Part shown: in pieces, positions 1-9,557 of the stretch
How positions within the stretch are numbered: position 1 is the stretch's first letter
Layout of the letters: each line of letters opens with the position of its first letter
NCBI GenBank assembly: GCA_964599455.1
Contig: CAZREA010000002.1
Span: forward strand, 51,810-115,809
DNA length: 64,000 nt
Reading direction: 5' to 3'
From: an uncultured Gammaproteobacteria bacterium
GTDB taxonomy: Bacteria; Patescibacteriota; Patescibacteriia; UBA9934
Program-made: the position numbers and the translations under genes
Notes under the pieces: model-generated
What the model was told of the DNA's origin: nothing
Databases searched by the model: none
Seen by the model: the letters and a program-made list of their open reading frames with translations, nothing else

Positions 1-145
1 GCGATGAGAATTGAAAATCAAAATAGAAACCATCATCAATCGCCGGACCAATAGTACGCTTCGTATCTGGCCAAAGTTCCATAACCGCAGCAGCAAGAAG
101 ATGCGCGAGTGAGTGGCGACGATGTTCGAGTTGTTCGGAGGACAT
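1..145 (-). CDS. thrS: Threonyl-tRNA synthetase, N-terminal part (runs off window)
   Basis: Manual translation from ATG 145: [44 protein letters not shown], the ThrRS N2 (editing) domain motif RHSxAH...IGPxIxxGFYxDF. Confidence 0.93.
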   Translation of the reverse strand, partial: MSSEQLEHRRHSLAHLLAAAVMELWPDTKRTIGPAIDDGFYFDFQFSS

Positions 146-237
146 AGAGTAGGAGACAGACCCTGACGATAGGAAGGGTCTAACAGATTATGATAAAGAA
201 TTTTTCTTGATCCTTCCTCACGTCAGGATCTTCACGA

Positions 238-424
238 ACAAAAACCCGGCACACAGAATCACTCCTTGATTCCATGGCCGGGGTCCTGGGCAGGACGGTT
301 CCACCCGGTTTATTCAATCCGTTTTCTCTCGGACTCAATCACTTTTCTGTACGAATCCCTCGATTTAGAGGAAAAAACGCTCGCACGACACGATCTGCTC
401 GCGGGTTGGTAGTCCGGTCACTGC
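238..424 (-). promoter_or_regulatory. T-box riboswitch (Thr) with antiterminator and intrinsic terminator
   Basis: Minus strand: AATAAACCGGG-TGGAACC-GTCCT-gccc-AGGAC-CCC antiterminator with 7-nt bulge (281-306). Terminator CCCGGC...GCCGGG-TTTTT (240-282). Short Stem I (397-424) has loop ACUACCAAC containing Thr codons. Lies upstream of thrS. Confidence 0.85.
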
Positions 425-435
425 AGAATATTCCT

Positions 436-464
436 ATAATGGAAAAGAATTGTTTACTCGTCAA
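436..464 (-). promoter_or_regulatory. Putative sigma70 promoter for the T-box/thrS leader
   Basis: TTGACG-17 nt-CATTAT on the minus strand, just upstream of Stem I. Confidence 0.55.
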
Positions 465-1636
465 GTGCCACTCTCGGGGACCTCGATCACGACATCAATG
501 TGATCGGACAGAGTTGGCATACGCTTCAGCCAAAACGGCGTAAAGGTGATGGAGACGTTTTCGATAGCATCAGAGGATTGCAACAGTGTATAGACCTCAT
601 TCGGCGCCCGACCAAGAAAACGATCTTTTGCAAGAGTGGGTGCATCTTGGGAGATAATGGCCGTACCATCAAGATACACACTCACCACTGCTGTACCTTT
701 TTGCGTATCGATGCTTTCAACGGTCATTTGTGTACCATCGGTGTTTAATGCATGCAAGGCAAATCCTTCAGGCAAGCGTTTGCGCAAAAGGGTTTCAGCA
801 TACGCTTTGACCATGTTTTTATCGAAATAGACGGCAGAGATATCTCCCTTAAGCGTCAGCGCAAACGCACCGGTTTCAGTGCCTACCGCTACATCTGTTG
901 TCTTATTGATTACCTCGATAGCATACACGCCTTGCTCGGCTAAACTCGCATCGAGTCCTTGCGATAACGACGTCTTTGCACTTGCGAGCAAGTCAGCTTG
1001 CAACGTTGTCGTTGCGTCCGCAATATCCTGCTCGGTGAGTGTGCGAATATATTGCACGCCGCCAGTCATAGCATCGGTTGAGACGCCGTAAATTTTATCT
1101 TGGAGCGATGCTGCTAATCCAGGAATAGTGAATGAAGAAGCGCCAATATTACCCGAGGCTCCAACCACATCTGCCTGCGCATACACTTGGACCTGGCCCT
1201 GCGCTGGAACCGACGTGGTATCGCGAATACGGAATAAAGTCCCCTCCTTCGAAAGAAGGCGGGTAGTCGCCACAAGCGGCTGAGCGGCATTCGTATTATT
1301 AATAAGCGTTACATAGCCACCAGCCTTAGCTTCAACAGCGCGGGCACCTTCTTGCGGCAAGGTAAAGACTTTGCTTTTTTCCAACGTCGTTTCCCGGACC
1401 ATGCCCGCGATTTGTCCTTCGTCCAGCGGATCGGCTACGACATCGACACTTGCAGTGGCGGTGACGATTTTTGGATGAGCAGTCACGGTAATGGTGGCAC
1501 GAGAAACCGAAAGATACACCACCGCCAACAACATCAGAAACGTAATACCCACAAAACCCACGGCAATGCGCTGATAGACACGAAGTGAACGCGACAATGG
1601 CTGATGCGTTGCCGCTAAACGTTCTCCCTTGGTCAT
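461..1636 (-). CDS. Membrane-anchored protein with baseplate-J-like (gp47-like) region
   Basis: 391-aa ORF with N-terminal TM helix and motif GASGNIGASSFTIPGL...AMTGG; no phage genes nearby. Confidence 0.6.
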   Translation of the reverse strand: MTKGERLAATHQPLSRSLRVYQRIAVGFVGITFLMLLAVVYLSVSRATITVTAHPKIVTATASVDVVADPLDEGQIAGMVRETTLEKSKVFTLPQEGARAVEAKAGGYVTLINNTNAAQPLVATTRLLSKEGTLFRIRDTTSVPAQGQVQVYAQADVVGASGNIGASSFTIPGLAASLQDKIYGVSTDAMTGGVQYIRTLTEQDIADATTTLQADLLASAKTSLSQGLDASLAEQGVYAIEVINKTTDVAVGTETGAFALTLKGDISAVYFDKNMVKAYAETLLRKRLPEGFALHALNTDGTQMTVESIDTQKGTAVVSVYLDGTAIISQDAPTLAKDRFLGRAPNEVYTLLQSSDAIENVSITFTPFWLKRMPTLSDHIDVVIEVPESGT

Positions 1637-1689
1637 AGATATGAGTAGTATAGCACTAAGAGGCGGGCTAGTGGGGCAAGGTGACCATA

Positions 1690-2868
1690 CTATTTATTAC
1701 TCTTTCGATCAGCCTCATATTGTTTATCAACTTTTTCTTGAATTTTCTTCATCCAGCCACTTCCGTATACTCTCGTCATTTCCTTATTTAACGCACGAAA
1801 CGCAGGAAGCTTTGAACCGTCGACAGGCTTTTCATTCATCTCTTCAAAATATGCATCCAAGAAAAGCTTAAAAGGGATGCCTTTACTTAAGGCGTCGTCC
1901 AGAACCGTCTGTTCATATTTATACGCATTAATCTCGTTTCCCCCTGATGTTAGTTGGGCGATTCTTTCAGTTATTGCCTCATCCAACCACAGACCTTTTG
2001 TAATACTCTTCTTTTTTGCTTCAAATCGAAGACCTAACTTTCTTCTCTCATAAAAAACTTTCTCATTATCCGAAATCTCCCCCTTCTGAATAATAGTTCC
2101 AGAAAGATAGTGGGAAATTTCATGAAAAACCGTTTCTTTAAGATCCTGATCTCCAATAGCATTTTCCAGATCTATGCCAATAGCGGATGATCCTTCATGA
2201 ATAATTCCTCTAGCCTCCACATCGTAAAGACGGTCCGCCGCAAAAAAAGATAAACGTTTTATACGCTCTTCCAGCTTAGGATTCCAATCCATTTTCTGTT
2301 CCTCAAAAAGTTTTTTGAGCCGATCACAAAATTCATCTCGATATTTTTCAATCTTTTCTCTATTTTCAAGAAAAAGTTTCTCTTGATATCGTTTCCGTTG
2401 ATCTAAAATGGCCCACAATGTAGCAGTAGGAACATTATTCTGTGAAAAGAGGATCCAAAATTTTTCTGGGCTATCAGGAAAAGGTTCTAAAGTACCAACC
2501 CATGTCTGCTGAACCATTTCATCTTTCAATGCGGTCTGTAGTGCGATAGCGGCTTGGAATTGCATGTCTAAAGATTCTTGTCTTTTCGCAAAAAGCTCCC
2601 CGAAAGGAAGACGTGCCATGACGGCATACTGTCTTCGCAGAGAAAGAAGCTCGCTCTTCACCTCATTTTGATTCTTTTCTCCGCTTAAAATCTTCTCTTC
2701 AAGTTCTTTTATTCTTTTGGATAATCTTTCCAAACTTATAAGATGACGAGCTTTCCAATTTCCATATGTTTCACGCACAAATTTTGTAGTCTTTTCTCCA
2801 TCCTGAAGATATTGCTCATTATCCTGAGAAACAAATTCCGGATGCTGGCCCATTCTTTCAAAAGACAT
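1690..2868 (-). CDS. Hypothetical protein, putative zincin metallopeptidase
   Basis: 392-aa ORF with HEISH (HExxH) followed by WLDEAITE (gluzincin-like third ligand); AT-rich. Confidence 0.55.
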   Translation of the reverse strand: MSFERMGQHPEFVSQDNEQYLQDGEKTTKFVRETYGNWKARHLISLERLSKRIKELEEKILSGEKNQNEVKSELLSLRRQYAVMARLPFGELFAKRQESLDMQFQAAIALQTALKDEMVQQTWVGTLEPFPDSPEKFWILFSQNNVPTATLWAILDQRKRYQEKLFLENREKIEKYRDEFCDRLKKLFEEQKMDWNPKLEERIKRLSFFAADRLYDVEARGIIHEGSSAIGIDLENAIGDQDLKETVFHEISHYLSGTIIQKGEISDNEKVFYERRKLGLRFEAKKKSITKGLWLDEAITERIAQLTSGGNEINAYKYEQTVLDDALSKGIPFKLFLDAYFEEMNEKPVDGSKLPAFRALNKEMTRVYGSGWMKKIQEKVDKQYEADRKSNK

Positions 2869-2875
2869 ATGATAA

Positions 2876-5800
2876 CTATTTTACCTTCACATTCTCACCC
2901 CCCACTAACACTCCTAATGACTGCACCAACGTTTCCGATGGCTTTACTTGATATTCGGTCGCGATACGACGGATGCCGTTGTCAGTGCTAACTTCTAAAT
3001 AGACACGCGAAGAGCCAGGGTATTTACGCAATAATTCACGTACTTGTACGATAAATGCGTTTGGTGGCTTTGGTGGCAAGCAAAGGGTGATCTCTTGCAT
3101 CAGGACACGCATCTCGGGTGATGCCGAAGGTTTCGGCGTTCTCGTCGAGTTTTGTGGAATAACGCCTTCATCTCCCTCGGGCCAAGCACCGCCTCGTAAT
3201 GTTTCTTCAAGACGAGGAATATCCTTTTCTTCAAAAAATACCAAACTATCGCCCAGGAGTGATCGCTCTTCAATATCCTCCTCACCACTTTCATTTGTTA
3301 CAGTCCGCGTGCGCAACGAGACTTTTCCGCTTAGCAGCACACTGCCACCTTCTATCAGCATGGGGCGATATTTTGTATATACTTTGGGAAAAAGAACAAC
3401 TTCAATAGCACCCGTTGGATCTTCGATGCGTGTAAAAGCCATGGGTTCATTTTTTTTCTTGGTATAAATTTGCTTGACTGTTGCAAGTGTTCCCGCAATG
3501 CGTACCACCGTTCCATCCGCAATCTCGTTGAGTGCCTTAATGGAAAAAATGCCCGCGCGTACAAAGCCATCGTGAAAAATCACCGCCGGATGCGACGACA
3601 CATACAATCCCAATAACTCCTTTTCCCAACCTAAAATGACACTCTTCGTTGTCGGCGGAACAATAGCAAGTTCAAGCTTACGCTGCTGCATTTCCCCACC
3701 CAGATCAAACAATGAAGACTGATTTCTTTCCTTTTCTTGCTGAACTTGTTTATTGAATTGAACGAGTTGCTCCAAATTTCCAAACAATTGTCCTCGATCA
3801 CCAAAACGATCGAGCGCTCCACAACGAATTAAGGCTTCAACCGTTTTCTTATTGAACGCATGCGATTTAATGCGTCCCAAAAAATCAGCCAAATCAAGAA
3901 AAGCTCCGCCGCGTTTGCGTTCACGTACCAATTCTTCGGCGATTTCTTCTCCCACGTTTTTAATGGCCATGAGTCCCCAACGCACATTCTTTGTTCCCTT
4001 CACCACGGCAAACCCAGCAAAGGATTCGTTCACATCCGGCGGCAACACCGTCAAACCGATACGTGAACACTCTTCAACTTCAATGGTGATACGATCAATG
4101 TTTCCCGCGTCAGAGTTGAGAAGCGCTGCCATGAAACATTCGGGATAGTATGCTTTGAGATATGCCGTTTGATAGGCAATCATGGCATAACAGGCGGCGT
4201 GTGATTTATTAAATCCGTATGCGGCAAAATCTTCCAGCTTTTGAAAAATCTTCTCTCCTACCTCTTGCTTCACGCCGTTTTTTACCGCACCTTCCACAAA
4301 CTTTACTTTCATCTTCGCCATGAGTTCTGCAATTTTCTTACCCATGGCTTTGCGCAAACTATCCGCTTCACCAGCGGTAAAACCAGCCAGATCTTTGGAA
4401 ACTTGCATGACTTGCTCCTGATACACCGGAATACCGTACGTTTCTTTAAACGCATTTTCCATGAGCGGATGTTCGTACGAAACCCGCTCGATACCATGCT
4501 TGCGCCGAATAAAACTTTCAATAAACTGCATCGGGCCCGGTCGATACAACGACACCATGGCGATAATATCTTCAAACATACTCGGTTGAAGATCGCGGAT
4601 ATACCGTTTCATGCCATCAGATTCAAGCTGGAACACTCCCGTGGTATCACCTCGTCCTAAAAGTTCGAATGTTGCTTTGTCATCAAGCGGAATGGCCTTC
4701 ATGTCGATTTCGACGCCATGTACAGCCCGGATAATTTCGAGTGTATCTTCAATAATAGTTAGGTTGGATAAACCCAAAAAGTCCATCTTCACGAGTCCAG
4801 CTGCTTCAGCAGAATTCAGCGAGTACTGCGTTACAAGCGCCATGTCATCATGCTGACCCGCTTGTAATGGCACGCGCTCAACAAGCGGACGATCACCAAT
4901 CACAATGCCACACGCATGTTGCGATGCGTGACGAGGATTGCCCTCAATCTTCATGGCCAAATCAAGCACGCGGCGGGCCATGGGATTGCTGTCGTACATT
5001 ACCTTTAAATCAGGGGATTCTTCGACCGCAATTTTGAGTGGTGTATGTTTTCCTTGGTTAGGCGGGGGAACGCCCTTCGCGATTTCATCAGCTTCTTGAA
5101 AAGTAAGACCAAGCACGCGTGCTGCATCACGCACCGCAGCGCGCGGCATCATTGTTCCAAAGGTAATGATGCCCGCCACCCGATCGGTTCCATATTTATG
5201 TGTAATATATTCCAAAACCTTGCCACGACCACGATCAGCAAAGTCCGTATCAATATCCGGCATTGACACACGATCAGGATTTAAAAAACGCTCAAACAGC
5301 AAGCCGTAGCGCAATGGTTCAATATCCGTGATACGCAAGGCATAGGCAACGATCGACCCAGCCGCTGATCCACGTCCTGGTCCCACAAGTACGCCATGAT
5401 CTTTTGCCCAGGTGATGTAATCCTGCACGATCAAAAAGTACGAAGAAAATCCCATGCGCACAATCGTTCCATATTCAAACTCCAACCGCTCCATGACTTC
5501 GGTAGGAATCGGATCACCATACCGTTCTTTAAGTCCTGTAATACACAATTCTCGTAACACCTCATTATCCGTCTTCCCTTCTGGCAAAGGGAAAATAGGT
5601 AAAAAATTCTTTCCCAATTCCAATTCGAAATTAATACGATTAGCGATGCGTTTTGTGTTCTCTAACGCTTCAGGAACATCCGCAAACGCCTCCATAATTT
5701 CTTCAGCTGTACCAAATGACAAATCAACTTCGTCGGTACTGGTGCGACGGAATTCTTCAAGGGTACGTCCGCGCTGAATACAGAGCTGGGCATCATATCC

Positions 5801-6457
5801 TTCACGGTCTTCAGGATCGAGATAGAAAATATTCTTTGTTGCCACCAGCGGCACCTCAAGTTCTTTTGCAAATCGACGAAAGGCATCATTCACATCCACT
5901 TGTCGTGGCATGTCTGGGTGATGAATGAGTTCTAAGAAAAAATTCTCTTTACCAAAAATATCTTGATATTCAGCAATGAGTGTTTTTGCTTTTTCATTAT
6001 CACCATTCACAATCGCGGTCGGGATTTCGCCGCCCACACTTCCGGTCAGCGCAATCAAACCCTTAGCGTGTAATCGCAAAAATGCCTTATCGACACGCGG
6101 CTTGTAATAGAAACCTTCCAAAAATGCCGCCGTCACGATGCGCGACAAATTGCGATATCCCTCCTCATTTTCGATCAACAACATGAGGCGATACGGCCGA
6201 TCATCCACGCGCGCACGCTTGTCAGTCATGCCGTGTTGCGCGACATAAATATCGCAGCCAAGAATCGGCTTGATATCGTTTTCTTTACACGCTTTGAAAA
6301 ATTCAACCGCACCGTACATGTTGCCATTATCGGTAAGTGCAAGCGAACTCATGCCCAATTCTTTTGCACGTTTTACCAAAGCCTTTGGCTTTGGTAGCGC
6401 CTCAAGAAGCGAGTAGTGAGAGTGATTGTGCAAATACACGAAATCCTTGGGATCCAT
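2876..6457 (-). CDS. dnaE: DNA polymerase III alpha subunit
   Basis: PHP motif HNHSHYSLL, GRGSAAGS, MPDIDTDF, YGFNKSHA, clamp motif QSSLF, C-terminal OB fold. Confidence 0.98.
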   Translation of the reverse strand: MDPKDFVYLHNHSHYSLLEALPKPKALVKRAKELGMSSLALTDNGNMYGAVEFFKACKENDIKPILGCDIYVAQHGMTDKRARVDDRPYRLMLLIENEEGYRNLSRIVTAAFLEGFYYKPRVDKAFLRLHAKGLIALTGSVGGEIPTAIVNGDNEKAKTLIAEYQDIFGKENFFLELIHHPDMPRQVDVNDAFRRFAKELEVPLVATKNIFYLDPEDREGYDAQLCIQRGRTLEEFRRTSTDEVDLSFGTAEEIMEAFADVPEALENTKRIANRINFELELGKNFLPIFPLPEGKTDNEVLRELCITGLKERYGDPIPTEVMERLEFEYGTIVRMGFSSYFLIVQDYITWAKDHGVLVGPGRGSAAGSIVAYALRITDIEPLRYGLLFERFLNPDRVSMPDIDTDFADRGRGKVLEYITHKYGTDRVAGIITFGTMMPRAAVRDAARVLGLTFQEADEIAKGVPPPNQGKHTPLKIAVEESPDLKVMYDSNPMARRVLDLAMKIEGNPRHASQHACGIVIGDRPLVERVPLQAGQHDDMALVTQYSLNSAEAAGLVKMDFLGLSNLTIIEDTLEIIRAVHGVEIDMKAIPLDDKATFELLGRGDTTGVFQLESDGMKRYIRDLQPSMFEDIIAMVSLYRPGPMQFIESFIRRKHGIERVSYEHPLMENAFKETYGIPVYQEQVMQVSKDLAGFTAGEADSLRKAMGKKIAELMAKMKVKFVEGAVKNGVKQEVGEKIFQKLEDFAAYGFNKSHAACYAMIAYQTAYLKAYYPECFMAALLNSDAGNIDRITIEVEECSRIGLTVLPPDVNESFAGFAVVKGTKNVRWGLMAIKNVGEEIAEELVRERKRGGAFLDLADFLGRIKSHAFNKKTVEALIRCGALDRFGDRGQLFGNLEQLVQFNKQVQQEKERNQSSLFDLGGEMQQRKLELAIVPPTTKSVILGWEKELLGLYVSSHPAVIFHDGFVRAGIFSIKALNEIADGTVVRIAGTLATVKQIYTKKKNEPMAFTRIEDPTGAIEVVLFPKVYTKYRPMLIEGGSVLLSGKVSLRTRTVTNESGEEDIEERSLLGDSLVFFEEKDIPRLEETLRGGAWPEGDEGVIPQNSTRTPKPSASPEMRVLMQEITLCLPPKPPNAFIVQVRELLRKYPGSSRVYLEVSTDNGIRRIATEYQVKPSETLVQSLGVLVGGENVKVK

Positions 6458-6669
6458 AGGCGAAAATCAAAAGAAGAGTAACAGAGATTACCGCTTCTTG
6501 CATCCACAGAAAGTCCACAACGCACGTTGACAATAAAAGGCAATTTTGATGGAATAGAAATAACCTCGCGAAGCTCCGCTTCCTGTGGGTGGTACAAAAT
6601 CAACTCCCCAACAGTTCCTCATCTTTTGAGGTATCTGGGGGGTTATTTTGTTATATATCCCGAGAGTAT

Positions 6670-6745
6670 GGGTCAGTAGAGGTAACGGCAGCCTCGGCGA
6701 GGTTACCACCCGCAGGTGCGAGTTCGATTCTCGTCTGATCCACCA
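6670..6745 (+). tRNA. Atypical tRNA or tRNA-like RNA: anticodon UAC (Val) with Ala-type acceptor stem
   Basis: 76-nt cloverleaf: acceptor GGGTCAG/CTGATCC + ACCA, D stem GAGG/CCTC with G18G19, T arm GCGAG-TTCGATT-CTCGT, anticodon loop GTTACCA. Non-canonical U14, G32, C37 and A30-C40. Confidence 0.65.
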
Positions 6746-6774
6746 ACAAGTTAAAAGCTTGCTCTCAGGACCAA

Positions 6775-6808
6775 AAAATCCCCTCATCACATACCGTGAG
6801 GGGATTTT
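6775..6808 (+). terminator. Intrinsic terminator-like hairpin after the atypical tRNA
   Basis: AAAATCCCCTCA...TGAGGGGATTTT. Confidence 0.6.
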
Positions 6809-6889
6809 GTATTGTGCAAAAAATTTCTTTTCTGTTAGGGTGAGAAAGGCTGTATTCAAAATCTCCATCTTCAACACGAGGAGAGAAAG

Positions 6890-7495
6890 ATGAAATACAT
6901 CATCACCGCTTTGCTCCTCGTCGTTCTCGGCTGCGGCCGGAATAAAGAGGAGGAGCAGTGCTCCGAGGTGAACATTTCGGAGTTCCCCGAGGATGACGAT
7001 CCTCGCTGGAGTATGCAGGGAGTATGGCTCACCAAGGCCGATCCGTTTCGTCGTCGCGTAGAGTGCGCGGAGCTCCCAGCCTTCGGGGTATACGCGACCA
7101 AACCGGGAGATCACCAGATCGACGAAATCCAAGTCGTAATTGTAGATTATTACGATCAAACTTGGATCGAAAGTCTTCCTGATGCCGGTCTATCAATCAC
7201 CGTCAACGGCGAACGGATCGGAACGTTCGACCCAGCAGGATTCGGGTCGAATACGTACGGCCTCGGAGCCGAGTGGGATGTCGTCATTTCGGACCTCGAC
7301 ATCTTCGTCAGCCCCGAAAGCCCTGTCACGTTCCAGTTTGTCCTGGTGGCGTGGCAGAACGAAGAGATTCTCGCCGGAATCGAGGATCTCTGGGATAAAG
7401 AAAAAGACAAGCTACAGATTTCTGCGATCGCGGCCGGTTACGGCTGCTGTTACGGCGGGCAAAGTAGAGCAATGTATCTCATCCCGCCCGACTAG
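6890..7495 (+). CDS. Putative lipoprotein (GC-rich island gene)
   Basis: MKYIITALLLVVLGC lipobox-like signal; AGGAG SD; C-ending codon bias. Confidence 0.7.
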   Translation: MKYIITALLLVVLGCGRNKEEEQCSEVNISEFPEDDDPRWSMQGVWLTKADPFRRRVECAELPAFGVYATKPGDHQIDEIQVVIVDYYDQTWIESLPDAGLSITVNGERIGTFDPAGFGSNTYGLGAEWDVVISDLDIFVSPESPVTFQFVLVAWQNEEILAGIEDLWDKEKDKLQISAIAAGYGCCYGGQSRAMYLIPPD

Positions 7496-7587
7496 AGGAA
7501 GCTCGCACCCATTTGCCAGAGACCCACCCGTGGTCCCCGGCTCCGGGTGCGTTTCTGTTTTTACAATGTGCTAACCTATCAAAATCT

Positions 7588-8142
7588 ATGCCAACCATCA
7601 CTCTTGTCAGCTCTAATCCGCAAAAAGTCATCGAAGCACAGAGCATCCTTATCGGAACTGATATCGTCGCTCAAGGACTTGATCTTCCCGAGATTCAATC
7701 ATTCAATCTTGAAGAAATTGTTCGCGCAAAAGCCGAGGCGGCGTATCAGCAATTACAGTCACCCGTTTTGGTAGATGATGTCGCTATGGACATTTCGGTA
7801 TTAAAAGGATTTCCCGGACCATTTGTAAAATTTTGGGAGAAAAATGTGGGATATGATTTAGCAGTCGATATTGGGGGAAAATTTGAAGATCATCGCGCAG
7901 TCGTCCGATGTGGAGTGGGGTATGCAGATGGATCGAACATACTTTATACCGAAGGAATAATTGCCGGACAGCTTGTTGCTCGTCGGAATGGAGAAGGGTT
8001 TGGCTTTGATTTTTATTTTATTCCCGATGGTTATAATCAAACATTCGGTGAAATGGGACGAGAAGCAAAGAACAAAATCTCGCATCGGTATCTTGCTTTT
8101 GCGGCAATGAAAACAAAACTAAAAGAAAACGGCATTGTGTAA
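7588..8142 (+). CDS. rdgB: Non-canonical purine NTP pyrophosphatase (HAM1/RdgB family)
   Basis: SSNPQK, LPEIQ, VDD, GFPGPFVK, FGFDFYF, KNKISHR motifs; start placed at ATG 7588. Confidence 0.9.
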   Translation: MPTITLVSSNPQKVIEAQSILIGTDIVAQGLDLPEIQSFNLEEIVRAKAEAAYQQLQSPVLVDDVAMDISVLKGFPGPFVKFWEKNVGYDLAVDIGGKFEDHRAVVRCGVGYADGSNILYTEGIIAGQLVARRNGEGFGFDFYFIPDGYNQTFGEMGREAKNKISHRYLAFAAMKTKLKENGIV

Positions 8143-8179
8143 TTATATTTTGAAAATATTTTCAATATAAGCGCGGCCA

Positions 8180-8803
8180 TTACTGGCCGCACGAAACGAA
8201 GACGCCTCGGCCCGAGAAGCAATCAAGAAATCGCTTCCAGGGAATATAGGCATGTGACTGGGTGTTGAGACTAGTGAAACCAGTTGAGTTGTGAAGAATG
8301 ACACCAGCCTCATCTTCATGCTCGTAATACCCGTAGACAAGGACAAGATGACCATTCCGGCTTTGTGGCGGATCACCATCGCGATAGCGAATCTGCGGTG
8401 ACACCGAAGCGATGAGAAATTCGTCGTTGTTCACGGCGGTTTGGATATCGCTCTGCACGATCTCTTTCGCAGTACGTGCTGGACGAGCGATTTGCGTTGA
8501 GACAAACTCGGCGAGCTCGTGATGATACGCACCGATAATGCGACCATCAGTCTTCCGATACACGTCCTTCTGGGTTGCACTTTCGTAGAGATCAGTGAGA
8601 GAAGGTGGTTGAAGTTCGAGGCTCAGTGCCATCATGCGCAGGCAACACATGCCGCACCAATTCCCTTCTGGCAATTGCCAATTTCCATCCTTCCAGTCAA
8701 AAATCCACTGCTCAATGTTTTCCTTTGGTTCGATTTGCGGAACGTAGTATTGGCGAGGATGCTGCCGCATCGGTGAGACGAGGATTTCCATGTTGTTCTC
8801 CAT
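8180..8803 (-). CDS. Papain-like peptidase C39-like protein
   Basis: WCGMCC...GHLVLVYGY...LHNS catalytic pattern; start uncertain, overlaps the 3' end of the TrmB gene. Confidence 0.65.
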   Translation of the reverse strand: MENNMEILVSPMRQHPRQYYVPQIEPKENIEQWIFDWKDGNWQLPEGNWCGMCCLRMMALSLELQPPSLTDLYESATQKDVYRKTDGRIIGAYHHELAEFVSTQIARPARTAKEIVQSDIQTAVNNDEFLIASVSPQIRYRDGDPPQSRNGHLVLVYGYYEHEDEAGVILHNSTGFTSLNTQSHAYIPWKRFLDCFSGRGVFVSCGQ

Positions 8804-9557
8804 GGGTATGCCAGAGTTGTTCGAAGAGCCACCGTTGGGTTTGTGCGAATGTTTTTGAAGAGACAACAAATCCCATTACTTCCCTATGAAAGTTGAGCAT
8901 CGCGACCCGATCTTCGTAGATATATGTCTCACTTTCAAAAGCATAACGATCGACGATACGAATTTGCCGCAGGTATCTCTCATCATTCTTTTGCATTTCC
9001 CGAGCACGCAGAGAATCGGTAGCAATCACGCGAATAGGAATATTCCTTCCTACGCGTTCGCGAATAAACTCGTCATGATGACGCTGATCAAAGACCCGAT
9101 CTTCTTCTTCAAAATTCGATAGCAAAAGAATTTCATCTTTGGCGTGCTCAAGAATATCCGCACTAATCCGTGCCAAACCTTCTTTTCCGGAAAAGAATTG
9201 CAAAACCGGCTTGTGCTCCTCCTGCGAATACTCCGCTAACAGATTCGGCATGACCTCTTCAATACTTTCGGCCTGGCGGCGCAAGCGACGAATATCAGTC
9301 CGCAAACGTGCAAGCACAGCCTTTGGTGGTTTCGCCCAAATCTTTTTTCGCGAACCAATCACCTCTTCCTCCATCAATCCCGCTTCTTTTAATTGCGCGA
9401 AAGCAAGGTAAGCCGACGATCGGTCCATCGCACATATTTGAGCAATTTTTCCAATCGATGCAGCTCCTATCCGGTAGCTTTCCAGATAAAAAACCGTTGC
9501 ATTAGGGCTAAGATTGAGGAGTTGTAACGCTTCTTTGAGCTCATGAAGCATGGCCAT
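8712..9557 (-). CDS. TrmB-family transcriptional regulator
   Basis: N-terminal wHTH, then LQFFSGKEGL and ETYIYEDRVAML effector domain. Confidence 0.85.
   Translation of the reverse strand: MAMLHELKEALQLLNLSPNATVFYLESYRIGAASIGKIAQICAMDRSSAYLAFAQLKEAGLMEEEVIGSRKKIWAKPPKAVLARLRTDIRRLRRQAESIEEVMPNLLAEYSQEEHKPVLQFFSGKEGLARISADILEHAKDEILLLSNFEEEDRVFDQRHHDEFIRERVGRNIPIRVIATDSLRAREMQKNDERYLRQIRIVDRYAFESETYIYEDRVAMLNFHREVMGFVVSSKTFAQTQRWLFEQLWHTHGEQHGNPRLTDAAASSPILRSANRTKGKH

Noticed and set aside
461-1636. Prophage suggested by a baseplate-J-like region
   Set aside because: The protein is membrane-anchored, sits among housekeeping genes, and no capsid, terminase or integrase genes are seen.
6670-6745. 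tmRNA, because of G3-U70 and the TCCACCA end
   Set aside because: Both acceptor strands lie within 76 nt with a pairable D stem and no tag ORF or pseudoknots. A piece of a permuted tmRNA cannot be fully excluded.
6488-7159. 223-aa minus-strand ORF
   Set aside because: Overlaps the tRNA-like gene and is antisense to the better supported lipoprotein gene; no recognisable motifs.
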